DNA from: Alloascoidea hylecoeti | Lineage: Eukaryota | Reading direction: 5' to 3' | Assembly: GCA_001600815.1 (NCBI GenBank) | Contig: BCKZ01000015.1 | Coordinates: forward strand, 496,001-560,000 | DNA: 64,000 nucleotides | Shown here: positions 59,619-64,000 of the stretch, one piece after another | Layout: every line of letters starts with the position of its first letter | How positions within the stretch are numbered: position 1 is the stretch's first letter | Translations under genes and position numbers: made by a program | The notes under the pieces: generated by a model | Told to the model about the DNA's origin: nothing | Databases searched by the model: none | What the model saw: only the letters and a program-made list of their open reading frames with translations

Positions 59619-60612
59619 ATCAAAAAATTCAGCTAGATTTTGCGGTTCTGAGAATCGGTAAAATAATATACGGAAATCAACATTTATCAGTCATAACTGT
59701 TGCATCACGTGATACATATTCAAGACAATAACTATTAAGCTTCATTACTCTCATCTGTATTTATATATATATATAAGATTGGAAGCCTCCGAGATGTATG
59801 GGCCTCTCTTCTGTCTAAAGTAGTTGACTTTGAAAACTAAACGGGAAACTGAACTGTAGTTGCTACTGATACCAATAACTTCTCTATCAAGCGCTGAGGA
59901 CTATTTAAGCGATGAAAGTATGAAAATCTAAATATAGTTACTCGCAAGCTAACGGAAACATTGTATAAATCTGCGGATATTCGTCAATATGTTAATAACT
60001 CATCAGCGTAAACATATATCAAATAAATTCACCAAAATGGAACCAGCTGAGGATAAAATCCACTGAAATATATCACAGGAATAAAATGTTGTTATTACTA
60101 CTGTATGTTTAAAAAACTAAGACTTTCGAATATACAGAAGATACAATAATTGTTTTAACACAGACTGTTAGGAAGATTTTGGGACAGATTATTGAGAAAC
60201 ATGAAAGTCATGAAGGAGTTAAACTTAATAAGATCAATGCGATTGTTGATAGAATGTGTTCACTTTCACAAATTTGATTAACTGTAATAATTGCAGTATT
60301 TATCAATAGAATGAAATAAAATGAAATAAAATAAATACCTACTTCATGTTTATGAATATAAAATTGATTTGTTACTGAAATTGTTCATTTGAAGAGTTAA
60401 CTACTAAAATAGTACATGTAAAATATTCTATTTCTATTTAACAACACAAGACAGGTATTAAAATTGAATTCATGAAATTATCACGGTTGTCACCATTTGA
60501 GTCTTCCTCGATTTAACAAATCTTGCCAATTACAATTTAAACCCCAGTTCAGTTAAATAAAGCATAACACTTACTCTTATTCCTATTCCAGCTTTTATTT
60601 TGATTATTAATA

Positions 60613-60660
60613 TATATAATATAATGATTTTAATGTATATAATATAATGATTTTAATGTA
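60613..60660. repeat. 23-bp perfect tandem duplication
   Basis: TATATAATATAATGATTTTAATG occurs twice in tandem. Confidence 0.85.
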
Positions 60661-61642
60661 CTTAATTCTATTTATCAATTGAATGGGCATTATTGTTTTA
60701 ATGCTCCTTATTTTTGCTATGCATATATGGGATAAAACGAGATAGATGTGCGAATTTAACTGGAATGCTTTTTGCGACTACGGTTTTTACACTAGCTTCA
60801 GGAGTGAACACATAGTATCATATTACCTAACATGTCCAAGAATCACTGGAAACAATTCCAGTAGTACTCGATTGAAGATGAAAAATATAAGAAGTTTTCT
60901 GTCTCAAAAAAAAAGATACTGGACAAATATTGACAAAAACAATTAAATATAATTGTTAGGAAATAAGATCACTTTTCTACCGAAAGTCATAATCAAAACA
61001 GGTATCTTTCAACTCTTGATAATTCCATCAGTCATTTCAAGAAGAACAGAATTAGCTATAAAGATGCAAGTTTTGATATGAAGCTCATCTCATCATGCAA
61101 TTGTAATATACATAATAACATTAGTGCTAATAAGAAGAAGCTGGGGATGGGGGTTATCTATAAATTGAACAATCTTCCAAAAGACAGATGCGATTACTGA
61201 CAATTCTCATATTGATGATGAGAGTGCTCTATATATTGGGCTTTGCAGAAGCCGAAGACTTGAAGAACGATGACAATTATCAAGAAAAGAGCAACTACAA
61301 TTTATTCAAATAAATTAACGAATCATAAAAATATCATGGATATATAAAGATAGGTGTTTACTATTTCATGAGTACGAGCATGTCACCCTATGGCCAGTCT
61401 TTATTTCCATTAACATTTTTAATATCCATACTTTACTTAATTATATAACTAATCTATTAATCATTATCGATTAGATTCGAAAAATTTATCAAGTCAATTA
61501 TTACTTACAATGTATACCAGTACATAATTGATCAGCATTCTATTCCAAACTGTAGTATTCAGTTTGTGACCTCCTTGTCACTGATGAATATATAATTAAT
61601 GAAACAATTATACAGGAGAATATAGTCATTTTTAAAGATAAA

Positions 61643-64000
61643 TCAATTGTAGGGTAACACAGAATCCCAGGCTCTTACTGGTCTGTTTTCTTCCAAGGAA
61701 ATACACTTCCAAATGGCGGTTCTTTCACCAGTTTTATCGCCAACAAGCTTATGAACTTTAGATAAATACCACCATGCTTCAGAACAATCTTTTCCAATGC
61801 TTCTTTGTGTTATTTTTTCCAAGAGACATTTTATTCTGGCCTGGCCTGATAATCTATCTCTGTCTGTCATGAAAACAGAATCCGATGCTCCAATAGATCC
61901 TTTCTCTAGGAACAAATAAGCAAGCCCAAGAATTGCTTGTAAATTATCTTCATCCTCTTCAAGAGCAGTCTCGAACTCTTGAAGGGATAATAAACTTCGT
62001 TGATCTCTTGTCAAAAGTCCTAGCTGGGCATGAGTTAACATATTGAGACCATTCGCCGCTTCAGCTTCAATGATACATAGTTCTGATTCTTCCAACAATC
62101 CCGCTTTAAAGTATAAATTTGAAGCAAAAATCCATAATTTTTGTAAGACTTCTTGTTCTCTTTTTACTTGTTTGTCAGATATTTTGCATTTTGATCTTGG
62201 GTTATTTTTACTTTTTCCGCTTTTCCCATATTTCAATATGTTTTCTGTATTTTGAGATGGGACACTTGTGTGTGTTAATTGAGGAATACCAGAGATACTA
62301 GGCCGGTGAGACCAATGCAGTGCCATTTGATCAATATCTTTGCCAGCCTTTTTTGTGTTTTTTAGATCTGTATTTTTGATTTCTCCAAAAATATCGCTAA
62401 ACATTAAAAACAGTTCAGGAAGCATTTGCAAAGCTGTATCAAGCCCATCCGTAGCTTCAATTAAAGCTAGCTCTGTACATTTTATTTGTAAAACAGCATA
62501 CTTATCTTTAAAGCGAGAATTTTTCAGACTTCCATTGCTGAGTAAGGAGAGAGCTTTTTTAATAATTATTAAAGATTCTCTTTTGTCTTCCTTCACGGAC
62601 AAAATTAGGCCTAGAAGGTGCCAAGATTGAGCATCCTGTGGATCAGTTACCAATATCTTTTTAGCTAATAATTCTGTTGCAGAAGCTAGTCTCGAATCTT
62701 TTGCTTGTAATAAGGCCAACTTGAAAGCGCATTTGGTTGTCCAATTGAACATTAAACTTTTCCTTAAATACTCTTCGCAAGTAGCATCATCTATAGAGAG
62801 TATATCGGTCAACGCAAGCCAAGCATGGGCCAACAAGCTTCTAACTGACGACCCGCTTTTATCTCCTGAATCATTAAGGTGTTTAATGGAATACTGACTA
62901 TCATAAATATCTATAAGAGTCTTCAAAATCTTTGATATTTCAGTTGTTTTATCAAGATTATTCTGAGAAATGACAGATTTCAAGATTTCCGTTGTGACAC
63001 GAATTTGAGAAAATATATTTTCTGCTTTTACTTCAAAATTACCCTTCTCTCTCTGTAAATTTATCCTTTCAACGTAATCCATATAAACATGAAATGATAG
63101 CAGGGCTTCTTCATTTGAACCCATTTTAGATAAAGCAAAACTCATGTTCCGAAGAACTACTGAAGACTGATATGATTTTGAAACAGAATCTCGCAAAATG
63201 TGTAAAAGTTGATCAGTTTCAACAACATTGGAAGTATCCCAAATATACATAACAGTATCGCAAAATGATTCCACAATATTGTTTAACTCTGTAGCTTTAG
63301 GGAAAGTGGAATTTTTGACTGCAAGTTGATAAAGCACGTTGACTGAATTAATCAATTCCTCTTTAACTTCTTCGTTATCTGGCGCCTTTAACATCAACTC
63401 ATTAAGGAATAATAGATATCCGTTATGTTTAGCAACCATCCCTGGAGTAACATTTACTTTTTCATTTGCAATTTTAAGTTGAGAGAACATAGTCTTGAAC
63501 ATTTCCAATTGATTTCCCTTTTTCATTCCTAGAGTCAAAGTTAATAACCTTTCATATAGATGTGTTTTCCAAAGATATTCTTCACTTAGATATGGTCGCA
63601 CAACAACCATTCCACCTATTTTATCAAGGTAAACATCTTTCGCGTTGTTTAGTTTTCCGAGAGCTTCGTATGCTGCACCGATGAGTGCTGTCTTTTTCAA
63701 AATCAACGCCCTTGAGTACACAAAGTTGAGTTCGTTAGAGCTTAGTATCAACTCATCCAGGACTGTCAATACATCACCGTACTTCTTTGCCTCGTATAAT
63801 AGATGGGCTAGTGTAACATATCCATAATATAATAGTTCTGGATGTATTTCTGTACTCTCGAGTTTTGGGTGTAGTTGGTTAATTAATTTTGTAATGGACT
63901 CGTCACTCAGTTTGGTTCTAGCAAGAGGAGATTTAAGTCTATTAGGAATTGAAGAATAGATCTGTTTTTCAATAAGAGAAATTTCAGCAAATAAAACTAT
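61643..64000 (-). CDS. YPP1: TPR protein Ypp1/TTC7 (Stt4 PI4K complex), 5' end outside window
   Basis: The frame is open to base 64000. Motifs QSWHLLGLILS, LWIFASNLY and EAWWYLSK..WKCISLEENRPVR. Confidence 0.8.
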   Translation of the reverse strand: MVLFAEISLIEKQIYSSIPNRLKSPLARTKLSDESITKLINQLHPKLESTEIHPELLYYGYVTLAHLLYEAKKYGDVLTVLDELILSSNELNFVYSRALILKKTALIGAAYEALGKLNNAKDVYLDKIGGMVVVRPYLSEEYLWKTHLYERLLTLTLGMKKGNQLEMFKTMFSQLKIANEKVNVTPGMVAKHNGYLLFLNELMLKAPDNEEVKEELINSVNVLYQLAVKNSTFPKATELNNIVESFCDTVMYIWDTSNVVETDQLLHILRDSVSKSYQSSVVLRNMSFALSKMGSNEEALLSFHVYMDYVERINLQREKGNFEVKAENIFSQIRVTTEILKSVISQNNLDKTTEISKILKTLIDIYDSQYSIKHLNDSGDKSGSSVRSLLAHAWLALTDILSIDDATCEEYLRKSLMFNWTTKCAFKLALLQAKDSRLASATELLAKKILVTDPQDAQSWHLLGLILSVKEDKRESLIIIKKALSLLSNGSLKNSRFKDKYAVLQIKCTELALIEATDGLDTALQMLPELFLMFSDIFGEIKNTDLKNTKKAGKDIDQMALHWSHRPSISGIPQLTHTSVPSQNTENILKYGKSGKSKNNPRSKCKISDKQVKREQEVLQKLWIFASNLYFKAGLLEESELCIIEAEAANGLNMLTHAQLGLLTRDQRSLLSLQEFETALEEDEDNLQAILGLAYLFLEKGSIGASDSVFMTDRDRLSGQARIKCLLEKITQRSIGKDCSEAWWYLSKVHKLVGDKTGERTAIWKCISLEENRPVRAWDSVLPYN

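Noticed and set aside
60700..61320. Possible decayed gene between the carrier and YPP1
   Set aside because: Only short open stretches with no recognisable motif, which cannot support a call.
4772..63827. Numerous short antisense or overlapping ORFs in the track
   Set aside because: They are shadows of real genes' codon bias, with no independent motifs.

Overview
AT-rich, gene-dense genomic DNA from an intron-rich ascomycete yeast. Introns are mostly 55-175 nt, with GTAAGT/GTATGT donors and CTAAC/TTAAC branch points. The gene set (PYM, WDR7-like, IFRD, F-box/JmjC) suggests an early-branching budding yeast; this is an inference. About 26 protein genes can be modelled, including CDC10, MRPL32, GDB1, ABZ1, MRPS12, EOS1, TIM13, QCR9, RPP2, DEP1, NOP12, LAP3, TMA22, SKI6, FYV8, GPI14, a mitochondrial carrier and a partial YPP1, plus an intron-containing tRNA-Ser(GCU). 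From 26.7 to 40.5 kb lies a tandem array of three CRH-family GH16 cell-wall transglycosylases, interrupted by a gene-poor accessory island. The island holds a decayed pogo/Fot1 transposase, a frameshifted Mug135/DUF1773-like gene, a degenerate ~37-bp repeat and a candidate solo LTR. The most intriguing unexplained signal is a hairpin-rich interval (~1.0-1.9 kb) without a credible ORF between two convergent genes, which looks like an unannotated structured RNA. All product calls come from motif recognition by eye; no searches or folding programs were run.
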